A DNA stretch of 64,000 bases from the human T2T-CHM13v2.0 reference genome, Homo sapiens. Positions 1 through 11,500 of this stretch are shown here, piece after piece. Every line of letters begins with the position of its first letter. The first letter of the stretch is position 1. A program made the translations under genes and the position numbers. Where the stretch lies: NCBI RefSeq assembly GCF_009914755.1, contig NC_060941.1, one strand, 5' to 3'. The notes beneath the pieces were generated by a model. It made no database searches, had not been told where the DNA came from, and saw only the letters and a list, made by a program, of their open reading frames with translations.

Positions 1-139
1 AGCTAGATAGAAGCATTCTCAGAAACTACTTTGTGATGATTGCATTCAAGTCACAGAGTTGAACATTCCCTTTGACAGAGCAGTTTGGAAACTCTCTTTG
101 TGTAGAATCTGCAAGTGGAGATATGGACCGCTTTGAGGC

Positions 140-156
140 CTATGGTAGTAAAGGAA
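140..156 (+). other. A-type (pJalpha-like) box in place of the CENP-B box in m1; equivalents in m5, m9, m10, m14 and m16
   Basis: CTATGGTAGTAAAGGAA lies at the position homologous to the CENP-B box. Related C/TTGTGGTGGAAAA.GAA-type sequences occur in the other A monomers. Confidence 0.7.
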
Positions 157-310
157 ATAGCTTCATATAAAAGCTAGACAGTAGCATTCACAGAAAACTC
201 TTGGTGACGACTGAGTTTAACTCACAGAGCTGAACATTCCTTTGGATGGAGCAGTTTCGAAACACACTATTTGTAGAATGTGCAAGTGGATATTTAGGCC
301 TCTCTGAGGA

Positions 311-327
311 TTTCGTTGGAAACGGGA
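311..327 (+). promoter_or_regulatory. CENP-B box (m2), repeated every 2715 bp
   Basis: TTTCGTTGGAAACGGGA matches nTTCGnnnnAnnCGGGn. Confidence 0.93.
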
Positions 328-477
328 TAAACCGCACAGAACTAAACAGAAGCATTCTCAGAACCTTCTTCGTGATGTTTGCATTCAACTCACAGTGTTG
401 AACCTTTCTTTGATAGTTCAGGTTTGAAACGGTCTTTCTGCAGAAACTGCAAGTAGATATTTGGACCTCTCTGAGGA

Positions 478-494
478 TTTCGTTGGAAACGGGA
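478..494 (+). promoter_or_regulatory. CENP-B box (m3); disrupted in copies 13 and 14
   Basis: TTTCGTTGGAAACGGGA. Confidence 0.93.
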
Positions 495-645
495 TAACCC
501 GCACAGAACTAAAACAGAAGCATTCTCAGAACCCTCTTCGTGATGTTTGCATTCAACTCACAGTGCTGAACCTTTCTTTGATAGTTCAGCTTTGAAACAC
601 TCTTTTTGTAGAAACTGCAAGTGGATATTTGGTCCTCTCTGAGGA

Positions 646-662
646 TTTCGTTGGAAACGGGA
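646..662 (+). promoter_or_regulatory. CENP-B box (m4); disrupted in copy 11
   Basis: TTTCGTTGGAAACGGGA. The first, non-essential base is T or A depending on haplotype. Confidence 0.93.
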
Positions 663-982
663 TAAACTGCACAGAACTAAACAGAAGCATTCTCAGAACC
701 TTCTTCGTGATGTCTGCATTCAACTCACAGTGTGGAACCTTTCTTTGATAGTTCAGGTTTGAAACACTCTTTTTGTAGAAACTGCAAGGGGATAATTGCA
801 CTCTTTGAGGAGTACCGTAGTAAAGGAAATAACTTCCTATAAAAAGAAGACAGAAGCTTTCTCAGAAAATTCTTTGGGATGATTGAGTTGAACTCACAGA
901 GCTGAGCATTCCTTGCGATGTAGCAGTTTAGAAACACACTTTCTGCAGAATCTGCAAGTGCATATTTGGACCTCTGTGAGGA

Positions 983-999
983 ATTCGTTGGAAACGGGA
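983..999 (+). promoter_or_regulatory. CENP-B box (m6), overlapping the constant EcoRI site at 981-986
   Basis: GAATTCGTTGGAAACGGGA. Confidence 0.92.
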
Positions 1000-1148
1000 T
1001 AATTTCAGCTGACTAAACAGAAGCAGTCTCAGAATCTTCTTTGTGATGTTTGCATTCAAATCCCCGAGTTGAACTTTCCTTTCAAAGTTCACGTTTGAAA
1101 CACTCTTTTTGCAGGATCTACAAGTGGATATTTGGACCACTCTGTGTC

Positions 1149-1165
1149 CTTCGTTCGAAACGGGT
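1149..1165 (+). promoter_or_regulatory. CENP-B box (m7)
   Basis: CTTCGTTCGAAACGGGT, with all 9 core positions intact. Confidence 0.9.
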
Positions 1166-1319
1166 ATATCTTCACATGACATCTAGACAGAAGCATCCTC
1201 AGAAGCTTCTCTGTGATGACTGCATTCAACTCACGGAGTTGAACACTCCTTTTGAGAGCGCAGTTTTGAAACTCTCTTTCTGTGGCATCTGCAAGGGGAC
1301 ATGTAGACCTCTTTGAAGA

Positions 1320-1336
1320 TTTCGTTGGAAACGGAA
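1320..1336 (+). promoter_or_regulatory. Degenerate CENP-B box (m8), fixed in the HOR
   Basis: TTTCGTTGGAAACGGAA: the core CGGG is CGGA. Confidence 0.8.
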
Positions 1337-1832
1337 TCATCTTCACATAAAAACTACACAGATGCATTCTCAGGAACTTTTTGGTGATGTTTGTATTCAA
1401 CTCCCAGAGTTGAACTTTCCTTTGGAAAGAGCAGCTATGAAACACTGTTTTTCTAGAATCTGCAAGTGGACGTTTGGAGGGCTTTGTGGTTTGTGGTGGA
1501 AAAGGAAATATCTTCACCTAAATACTAGATAGAAGCATTCTCAGAAACTGCTTTGTGATGATTGCATTCACCTCACAGAGTTGAACATTCCTATTGATAG
1601 AGCAGTTTGGAAACACTCTTGTTGTGGAATGTGCAAGTGGAGATTTGGAGCGCTTTGAGGCCTATGGTAGTAAAGGGAATAGCTTCATAGAAAAACTAGA
1701 CAGAAGCATTCTCAGAAAATACTTTGTGATGATTGAGTTTAACTCACAGAGCTGAACATTCCTTTGGATGGAGCAGGTTTGAGACACACTTTTTGTAGAA
1801 TCTACAAGTGGATATTTGGACCTCTCTGAGGA

Positions 1833-1849
1833 TTTCGTTGGAAACGGGA
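1833..1849 (+). promoter_or_regulatory. CENP-B box (m11); disrupted in copies 8, 18 and 22
   Basis: TTTCGTTGGAAACGGGA. Confidence 0.93.
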
Positions 1850-1998
1850 TAACTGCACCTAACTAAACGGAAGCATTCTCAGAAACTTCTTGGTGATGTT
1901 TGCATTCAAATCCCAGAGTTGAACCTTCCTTTGATAGTTCAGGTTTGAAACACTCTTTTTGTAGGATCTGCAAGTGGATATTTGGACCACTCTGTGGC

Positions 1999-2015
1999 CT
2001 TCGTTCGAAACGGGT
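1999..2015 (+). promoter_or_regulatory. CENP-B box (m12)
   Basis: CTTCGTTCGAAACGGGT. Confidence 0.9.
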
Positions 2016-2169
2016 ATATCTTCGCATAAAATCTAGACAGAAGCCTTCTCAGAAACTTCTCTGTGATGATTGCATTCAACTCACAGAGTTGAACCCTCCT
2101 ATGGATAGAGCAGTGTTGAAACTCTCTTTTTGTGGAATCTGCAAGTGGCTATGTGGACCTCTCCGAAGA

Positions 2170-2186
2170 TGTCTTTGGAAACGGGA
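2170..2186 (+). promoter_or_regulatory. Degenerate CENP-B box (m13), fixed in the HOR
   Basis: TGTCTTTGGAAACGGGA: the core TTCG is GTCT. Confidence 0.8.
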
Positions 2187-2512
2187 ATATCTTCACATAA
2201 AAACTAAACAGAAGCATTCTCAGAAACTTCTCTGTGATGTTTGTGTTCAACTCCCAGAGTTTCACATTGCTTTTCATAGAGTAGTTCTGAAACATGCTTT
2301 TCGTAGTGTCTACAAGTGGACATTTGGAGCGCTTTCAGGCCTGTGGTGGAAAACGAATTATGGTCACATAAAAACTGGAGAGAAGCATTGTCAGAAACTT
2401 CTTTGTGATGATTGCATTCAACTCACAGAGTTGAAGGTTCCTTTTCAAAGAGCAGTTTCCAATCACTCTTTGTGTGGAATCTGCAAGTGGATATTTGGAC
2501 CTATTTTGAAGA

Positions 2513-2529
2513 TTTCGTTGGAAACGGGA
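2513..2529 (+). promoter_or_regulatory. CENP-B box (m15)
   Basis: TTTCGTTGGAAACGGGA. Confidence 0.93.
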
Positions 2530-5500
2530 GAATCTTCACAGGAAAGCTAAACAGAAGCATTCTCAGAAACTTCTTTGTGATGCTTGCATTCAACTCACAG
2601 AGTTGAACTTTCCTTTCGAGAGAGAAGCTTTGAAACACTCTTTTTCCAGAATCTGCAAGTGGACATTTGGAGGGCTTTGAGGCCTGTGGTGGAAAAGGAA
2701 TTATCTTCCCGTAAAAGCTAGATAGAAGCATTCTCAGAAACTACTTTGTGATGATTGCATTCAAGTCACAGAGTTGAACATTCCCTTTGACAGAGCAGTT
2801 TGGAAACTCTCTTTGTGTAGAATCTGCAAGTGGAGATATGGACCGCTTTGAGGCCTATGGTAGTAAAGGAAATAGCTTCATATAAAAGCTAGACAGTAGC
2901 ATTCACAGAAAACTCTTGGTGACGACTGAGTTTAACTCACAGAGCTGAACATTCCTTTGGATGGAGCAGTTTCGAAACACACTATTTGTAGAATGTGCAA
3001 GTGGATATTTAGGCCTCTCTGAGGATTTCGTTGGAAACGGGATAAACCGCACAGAACTAAACAGAAGCATTCTCAGAACCTTCTTCGTGATGTTTGCATT
3101 CAACTCACAGTGTTGAACCTTTCTTTGATAGTTCAGGTTTGAAACGGTCTTTCTGCAGAAACTGCAAGTAGATATTTGGACCTCTCTGAGGATTTCGTTG
3201 GAAACGGGATACCCCGCACAGAACTAAAACAGAAGCATTCTCAGAACCCTCTTCGTGATGTTTGCATTCAACTCACAGTGCTGAACCTTTCTTTGATAGT
3301 TCAGCTTTGAAACACTCTTTTTGTAGAAACTGCAAGTGGATATTTGGTCCTCTCTGAGGATTTCGTTGGAAACGGGATAAACTGCACAGAACTAAACAGA
3401 AGCATTCTCAGAACCTTCTTCGTGATGTCTGCATTCAACTCACAGTGTGGAACCTTTCTTTGATAGTTCAGGTTTGAAACACTCTTTTTGTAGAAACTGC
3501 AAGGGGATAATTGCACTCTTTGAGGAGTACCGTAGTAAAGGAAATAACTTCCTATAAAAAGAAGACAGAAGCTTTCTCAGAAAATTCTTTGGGATGATTG
3601 AGTTGAACTCACAGAGCTGAGCATTCCTTGCGATGTAGCAGTTTAGAAACACACTTTCTGCAGAATCTGCAAGTGCATATTTGGACCTCTGTGAGGAATT
3701 CGTTGGAAACGGGATAATTTCAGCTGACTAAACAGAAGCAGTCTCAGAATCTTCTTTGTGATGTTTGCATTCAAATCCCCGAGTTGAACTTTCCTTTCAA
3801 AGTTCACGTTTGAAACACTCTTTTTGCAGGATCTACAAGTGGATATTTGGACCACTCTGTGTCCTTCGTTCGAAACGGGTATATCTTCACATGACATCTA
3901 GACAGAAGCATCCTCAGAAGCTTCTCTGTGATGACTGCATTCAACTCACGGAGTTGAACACTCCTTTTGAGAGCGCAGTTTTGAAACTCTCTTTCTGTGG
4001 CATCTGCAAGGGGACATGTAGACCTCTTTGAAGATTTCGTTGGAAACGGAATCATCTTCACATAAAAACTACACAGATGCATTCTCAGGAACTTTTTGGT
4101 GATGTTTGTATTCAACTCCCAGAGTTGAACTTTCCTTTGGAAAGAGCAGCTATGAAACACTGTTTTTCTAGAATCTGCAAGTGGACGTTTGGAGGGCTTT
4201 GTGGTTTGTGGTGGAAAAGGAAATATCTTCACCTAAATACTAGATAGAAGCATTCTCAGAAACTGCTTTGTGATGATTGCATTCACCTCACAGAGTTGAA
4301 CATTCCTATTGATAGAGCAGTTTGGAAACACTCTTGTTGTGGAATGTGCAAGTGGAGATTTGGAGCGCTTTGAGGCCTATGGTAGTAAAGGGAATAGCTT
4401 CATAGAAAAACTAGACAGAAGCATTCTCAGAAAATACTTTGTGATGATTGAGTTTAACTCACAGAGCTGAACATTCCTTTGGATGGAGCAGGTTTGAGAC
4501 ACACTTTTTGTAGAATCTACAAGTGGATATTGGGACCTCTCTGAGGATTTCGTTGGAAACGGGATAACTGCACCTAACTAAACGGAAGCATTCTCAGAAA
4601 CTTCTTGGTGATGTTTGCATTCAAATCCCAGAGTTGAACCTTCCTTTGATAGTTCAGGTTTGAAACACTCTTTTTGTAGGATCTGCAAGTGGATATTTGG
4701 ACCACTCTGTGGCCTTCGTTCGAAACGGGTATATCTTCGCATAAAATCTAGACAGAAGCCTTCTCAGAAACTTCTCTGTGATGATTGCATTCAACTCACA
4801 GAGTTGAACCCTCCTATGGATAGAGCAGTGTTGAAACTCTCTTTTTGTGGAATCTGCAAGTGGCTACGTGGACCTCTCCGAAGATGTCTTTGGAAACGGG
4901 AATATCTTCACATAAAAACTAAACAGAAGCATTCTCAGAAACTTCTCTGTGATGTTTGTGTTCAACTCCCAGAGTTTCACATTGCTTTTCATAGAGTAGT
5001 TCTGAAACATGCTTTTCGTAGTGTCTACAAGTGGACATTTGGAGCGCTTTCAGGCCTGTGGTGGAAAACGAATTATGGTCACATAAAAACTGGAGAGAAG
5101 CATTGTCAGAAACTTCTTTGTGATGATTGCATTCAACTCACAGAGTTGAAGGTTCCTTTTCAAAGAGCAGTTTCCAATCACTCTTTCTGTGGAATCTGCA
5201 AGTGGATATTTGGACCTATTTTGAAGATTTCGTTGGAAACGGGAGAATCTTCACAGGAAAGCTAAACAGAAGCATTCTCAGAAACTTCTTTGTGATGCTT
5301 GCATTCAACTCACAGAGTTGAACTTTCCTTTCGAGAGAGAAGCTTTGAAACACTCTTTTTCCAGAATCTGCAAGTGGACATTTGGAGGGCTTTGAGGCCT
5401 GTGGTGGAAAAGGAATTATCTTCCCGTAAAAGCTAGATAGAAGCATTCTCAGAAACTACTTTGTGATGATTGCATTCAAGTCACAGAGTTGAACATTCCC

Positions 5501-8500
5501 TTTGACAGAGCAGTTTGGAAACTCTCTTTGTGTAGAATCTGCAAGTGGAGATACGGACCGCTTTGAGGCCTATGGTAGTAAAGGAAATAGCTTCATATAA
5601 AAGCTAGACAGTAGCATTCACAGAAAACTCTTGGTGACGACTGAGTTTAACTCACAGAGCTGAACATTCCTTTGGATGGAGCAGTTTCGAAACACACTAT
5701 TTGTAGAATGTGCAAGTGGATATTTAGGCCTCTCTGAGGATTTCGTTGGAAACGGGTTAAACCGCACAGAACTAAACAGAAGCATTCTCAGAACCTTCTT
5801 CGTGATGTTTGCATTCAACTCACAGTGTTGAACCTTTCTTTGATAGTTCAGGTTTGAAACGGTCTTTCTGCAGAAACTGCAAGTAGATATTTGGACCGCT
5901 CTGAGGATTTCGTTGGAAACGGGATAACCCGCACAGAACTAAAACAGAAGCATTCTCAGAACCCTCTTCGTGATGTTTGCATTCAACTCACAGTGCTGAA
6001 CCTTTCTTTGATAGTTCAGCTTTGAAACACTCTTTTTGTAGAAACTGCAAGTGGATATTTGGTCCTCTCTGAGGATTTCGTTGGAAACGGGATAAACTGC
6101 ACAGAACTAAACAGAAGCATTCTCAGAACCTTCTTCGTGATGTCTGCATTCAACTCACAGTGTGGAACCTTTCTTTGATAGTTCAGGTTTGAAACACTCT
6201 TTTTGTAGAAACTGCAAGGGGATAATTGCACTCTTTGAGGAGTACCGTAGTAAAGGAAATAACTTCCTATAAAAAGAAGACAGAAGCTTTCTCAGAAAAT
6301 TCTTTGGGATGATTGAGTTGAACTCACAGAGCTGAGCATTCCTTGCGATGTAGCAGTTTAGAAACACACTTTCTGCAGAATCTGCAAGTGCATATTTGGA
6401 CCTCTGTGAGGAATTCGTTGGAAACGGGATAATTTCAGCTGACTAAACAGAAGCAGTCTCAGAATCTTCTTTGTGATGTTTGCATTCAAATCCCCGAGTT
6501 GAACTTTCCTTTCAAAGTTCACGTTTGAAACACTCTTTTTGCAGGATCTACAAGTGGATATTTGGACCACTCTGTGTCCTTCGTTCGAAACGGGTATATC
6601 TTCACATGACATCTAGACAGAAGCATCCTCAGAAGCTTCTCTGTGATGACTGCATTCAACTCACGGAGTTGAACACTCCTTTTGAGAGCGCAGTTTTGAA
6701 ACTCTCTTTCTGTGGCATCTACAAGGGGACATGTAGACCTCTTTGAAGATTTCGTTGGAAACGGAATCATCTTCACATAAAAACTATACAGATGCATTCT
6801 CAGGAACTTTTTGGTGATGTTTGTATTCAACTCCCAGAGTTGAACTTTCCTTTGGAAAGAGCAGCTATGAAACACTCTTTTTCTAGAATCTGCAAGTGGA
6901 CGTTTGGAGGGCTTTGTGGTTTGTGGTGGAAAAGGAAATATCTTCACCTAAATACTAGATAGAAGCATTCTCAGAAACTGCTTTGTGATGATTGCATTCA
7001 CCTCACAGAGTTGAACATTCCTATTGATAGAGCAGTTTGGAAACACTCTTGTTGTGGAATGTGCAAGTGGAGATTTGGAGCGCTTTGAGGCCTATGGTAG
7101 TAAAGGGAATAGCTTCATAGAAAAACTAGACAGAAGCATTCTCAGAAAATACTTTGTGATGATTGAGTTTAACCCACAGAGCTGAACATTCCTTTGGATG
7201 GAGCAGGTTTGAGACACACTTTTTGTAGAATCTACAAGTGGATATTGGGACCTCTCTGAGGATTTCGTTGGAAACGGGATAACTGCACCTAACTAAACGG
7301 AAGCATTCTCAGAAACTTCTTGGTGATGTTTGCATTCAAATCCCAGAGTTGAACCTTCCTTTGATAGTTCAGGTTTGAAACACTCTTTTTGTAGGATCTG
7401 CAAGTGGATATTTGGACCACTCTGTGGCCTTCGTTCGAAACGGGTATATCTTCGCATAAAATCTAGACAGAAGCCTTCTCAGAAACTTCTCTGTGATGAT
7501 TGCATTCAACTCACAGAGTTGAACCCTCCTATGGATAGAGCAGTGTTGAAACTCTCTTTTTGTGGAATCTGCAAGTGGATATGTGGACCTCTCCGAAGAT
7601 GTCTTTGGAAACGGGAATATCTTCACATAAAAACTAAACAGAAGCATTCTCAGAAACTTCTCTGTGATGTTTGTGTTCAACTCCCAGAGTTTCACATTGC
7701 TTTTCATAGAGTAGTTCTGAAACATGCTTTTCGTAGTGTCTACAAGTGGACATTTGGAGCGCTTTCAGGCCTGTGGTGGAAAACGAATTATGGTCACATA
7801 AAAACTGGAGAGAAGCATTGTCAGAAACTTCTTTGTGATGATTGCATTCAACTCACAGAGTTGAAGGTTCCTTTTCAAAGAGCAGTTTCCAATCACTCTT
7901 TCTGTGGAATCTGCAAGTGGATATTTGGACCTATTTTGAAGATTTCGTTGGAAACGGGAGAATCTTCACAGGAAAGCTAAACAGAAGCATTCTCAGAAAC
8001 TTCTTTGTGATGCTTGCATTCAACTCACAGAGTTGAACTTTCCTTTCGAGAGAGAAGCTTTGAAACACTCTTTTTCCAGAATCTGCAAGTGGACATTTGG
8101 AGGGCTTTGAGGCCTGTGGTGGAAAAGGAATTATCTTCCCGTAAAAGCTAGATAGAAGCATTCTCAGAAACTACTTTGTGATGATTGCATTCAAGTCACA
8201 GAGTTGAACATTCCCTTTGACAGAGCAGTTTGGAAACTCTCTTTGTGTAGAATCTGCAAGTGGAGATATGGACCGCTTTGAGGCCTATGGTAGTAAAGGA
8301 AATAGCTTCATATAAAAGCTAGACAATAGCATTCACAGAAAACTCTTGGTGACGACTGAGTTTAACTCACAGAGCTGAACATTCCTTTCGATGGAGCAGT
8401 TTGGAAACACACTATTTGTAGAATGTGCAAGTGGATATTTAGGCCTCTCTGAGGATTTCGTTGGAAACGGGATAAACCGCACAGAACTAAACAGAAGCAT

Positions 8501-11500
8501 TCTCAGAACCTTCTTCGTGATGTTTGCATTCAACTCACAGTGTTGAACCTTTCTTTGATAGTTCAGGTTTGAAACGGTCTTTCTGCAGAAACTGCAAGTA
8601 GATATTTGGACCGCTCTGAGGATTTCGTTGGAAACGGGATAACCCGCACAGAACTAAAACAGAAGCATTCTCAGAACCCTCTTCGTGATGTTTGCATTCA
8701 ACTCACAGTGCTGAACCTTTCTTTGATAGTTCAGCTTTGAAACACTCTTTTTGTAGAAAATGCAAGTGGATATTTGGTCCTCTCTGAGGATTTCGTTGGA
8801 AACGGGATAAACTGCACAGAACTAAACAGAAGCATTCTCAGAACCTTCTTCGTGATGTCTGCATTCAACTCACAGTGTGGAACCTTTCTTTGATAGTTCA
8901 GGTTTGAAACACTCTTTTTGTAGAAACTGCAAGGGGATAATTGCACTCTTTGAGGAGTACCGTAGTAAAGGAAATAACTTCCTATAAAAAGAAGACAGAA
9001 GCTTTCTCAGAAAATTCTTTGGGATGATTGAGTTGAACTCACAGAGCTGAGCATTCCTTGCGATGTAGCAGTTTAGAAACACACTTTCTGCAGAATCTGC
9101 AAGTGCATATTTGGACCTCTGTGAGGAATTCGTTGGAAACGGGATAATTTCAGCTGACTAAACAGAAGCAATCTCAGAATCTTCTTTGTGATGTTTGCAT
9201 TCAAATCCCCGAGTTGAACTTTCCTTTCAAAGTTCACGTTTGAAACACTCTTTTTGCAGGATCTACAAGTGGATATTTGGACCACTCTGTGTCCTTCGAT
9301 CGAAACGGGTATATCTTCACATGACATCTAGACAGAAGCATCCTCAGAAGCTTCTCTGTGATGACTGCATTCAACTCACGGAGTTGAACACTCCTTTTGA
9401 GAGCGCAGTTTTGAAACTCTCTTTCTGTGGCATCTGCAAGGGGACATGTAGACCTCTTTGAAGATTTCGTTGGAAACGGAATCATCTTCACATAAAAACT
9501 ACACAGATGCATTCTCAGGAACTTTTTGGTGATGTTTGTATTCAACTCCCAGAGTTGAACTTTCCTTTGGAAAGAGCAGCTATGAAACACTGTTTTTCTA
9601 GAATCTGCAAGTGGACGTTTGGAGGGCTTTGTGGTTTGTGGTGGAAAAGGAAATATCTTCACCTAAATACTAGATAGAAGCATTCTCAGAAACTGCTTTG
9701 TGATGATTGCATTCACCTCACAGAGTTGAACATTCCTATTGATAGAGCAGTTTGGAAACACTCTTGTTGTGGAATGTGCAAGTGGAGATTTGGAGCGCTT
9801 TGAGGCCTATGGTAGTAAAGGGAATAGCTTCATAGAAAAACTAGACAGAAGCATTCTCAGAAAATACTTTGTGATGATTGAGTTTAACTCACAGAGCTGA
9901 ACATTCCTTTGGATGGAGCAGGTTTGAGACACACTTTTTGTAGAATCTACAAGTGGATATTGGGACCTCTCTGAGGATTTCGTTGGAAACGGGATAACTG
10001 CACCTAACTAAACGGAAGCATTCTCAGAAACTTCTTGGTGATGTTTGCATTCAAATCCCAGAGTTGAACCTTCCTTTGATAGTTCAGGTTTGAAACACTC
10101 TTTTTGTAGGATCTGCAAGTGGATATTTGGACCACTCTGTGGCCTTCGTTCGAAACGGGTATATCTTCGCATAAAATCTAGACAGAAGCCTTCTCAGAAA
10201 CTTCTCTGTGATGATTGCATTCAACTCACAGAGTTGAACCCTCCTATGGATAGAGCAGTGTTGAAACTCTCTTTTTGTGGAATCTGCAAGTGGATACGTG
10301 GACCTCTCCGAAGATGTCTTTGGAAACGGGAATATCTTCACATAAAAACTAAACAGAAGCATTCTCAGAAACTTCTCTGTGATGTTTGTGTTCAACTCCC
10401 AGAGTTTCACATTGCTTTTCATAGAGTAGTTCTGAAACATGCTTTTCGTAGTGTCTACAAGTGGACATTTGGAGCGCTTTCAGGCCTGTGGTGGAAAACG
10501 AATTATGGTCACATAAAAACTGGAGAGAAGCATTGTCAGAAACTTCTTTGTGATGATTGCATTCAACTCACAGAGTTGAAGGTTCCTTTTCAAAGAGCAG
10601 TTTCCAATCACTCTTTCTGTGGAATCTGCAAGTGGATATTTGGACCTATTTTGAAGATTTCGTTGGAAACGGGAGAATCTTCACAGGAAAGCTAAACAGA
10701 AGCATTCTCAGAAACTTCTTTGTGATGCTTGCATTCAACTCACAGAGTTGAACTTTCCTTTCGAGAGAGAAGCTTTGAAACACTCTTTCTCCAGAATCTG
10801 CAAGTGGACATTTGGAGGGCTTTGAGGCCTGTGGTGGAAAAGGAATTATCTTCCCGTAAAAGCTAGATAGAAGCATTCTCAGAAACTACTTTGTGATGAT
10901 TGCATTCAAGTCACAGAGTTGAACATTCCCTTTGACAGAGCAGTTTGGAAACTCTCTTTGTGTAGAATCTGCAAGTGGAGATATGGACCGCTTTGAGGCC
11001 TATGGTAGTAAAGGAAATAGCTTCATATAAAAGCTAGACAGTAGCATTCACAGAAAACTCTTGGTGACGACTGAGTTTAACTCACAGAGCTGAACATTCC
11101 TTTGGATGGAGCAGTTTCGAAACACACTATTTGTAGAATGTGCAAGTGGATATTTAGGCCTCTCTGAGGATTTCGTTGGAAACGGGATAAACCGCACAGA
11201 ACTAAACAGAAGCATTCTCAGAACCTTCTTCGTGATGTTTGCATTCAACTCACAGTGTTGAACCTTTCTTTGATAGTTCAGGTTTGAAACGGTCTTTCTG
11301 CAGAAACTGCAAGTAGATATTTGGACCGCTCTGAGGATTTCGTTGGAAACGGGATAACCCGCACAGAACTAAAACAGAAGCATTCTCAGAACCCTCTTCG
11401 TGATGTTTGCATTCAACTCACAGTGCTGAACCTTTCTTTGATAGTTCAGCTTTGAAACACTCTTTTTGTAGAAACTGCAAGTGGATATTTGGTCCTCTCT

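Larger units (their letters stand above)
283..788 (+). repeat. Internal triplication of a ~167-168-bp CENP-B-box monomer within the HOR
   Basis: Three close copies of ...CTCTCTGAGGATTTCGTTGGAAACGGGATAA..GCACAGAACTAAACAGAAGCATTCTCAGAACC.TCTTCGTGATG...AACCTTTCTTTGATAGTTCAG.TTTGAAAC..., with boxes at 311, 478 and 646. Boundaries are approximate. Confidence 0.85.
857..2385 (+). repeat. Ancestral pentamer periodicity (850 bp): m6-m10 followed by homologous m11-m14
   Basis: m6/m11, m7/m12, m8/m13 and m9/m14 pair at exactly +850 bp. For example TTTGGACCACTCTGTG.CCTTCGTTCGAAACGGGTATATCTTC occurs at 1131 and 1981. The box pattern B-B-B-A-A is the known SF3 (W1-W5) arrangement. Confidence 0.85.
14..2728 (+). 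repeat. One full HOR unit: 16 alphoid monomers (m1-m16)
   Basis: Monomer starts phased on the CATTCTCAGAA-like motif: 14, 185, 353, 521, 688, 857, 1024, 1194, 1365, 1536, 1707, 1874, 2044, 2215, 2386, 2558, next at 2729. Lengths are 167-172 bp and sum to 2715. Confidence 0.95.

Noticed and set aside
283-788. CRISPR-like appearance (conserved motifs at regular spacing)
   Set aside because: The intervening sequences are homologous to each other rather than unique spacers, and there are no cas genes.
2075-2093. Short dyad TTCAAC-TCACAGA-GTTGAA as a terminator or RNA hairpin
   Set aside because: It is a generic alphoid monomer feature with a 6-bp stem, and there is no evidence of a transcript or terminator here.
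1900-2550. 216-aa ORF repeated in every HOR
   Set aside because: It starts at TTG, not ATG. Its internal ~57-aa periodicity simply reflects 171-bp monomers, it has no recognisable domain, and its conservation is explained by repeat homogenisation.
7369-7725. 118-aa minus-strand ORF that is present in some copies and absent in others
   Set aside because: It is toggled by the single 2149 A/C variant creating a stop codon, and nothing supports a regulatory switch.
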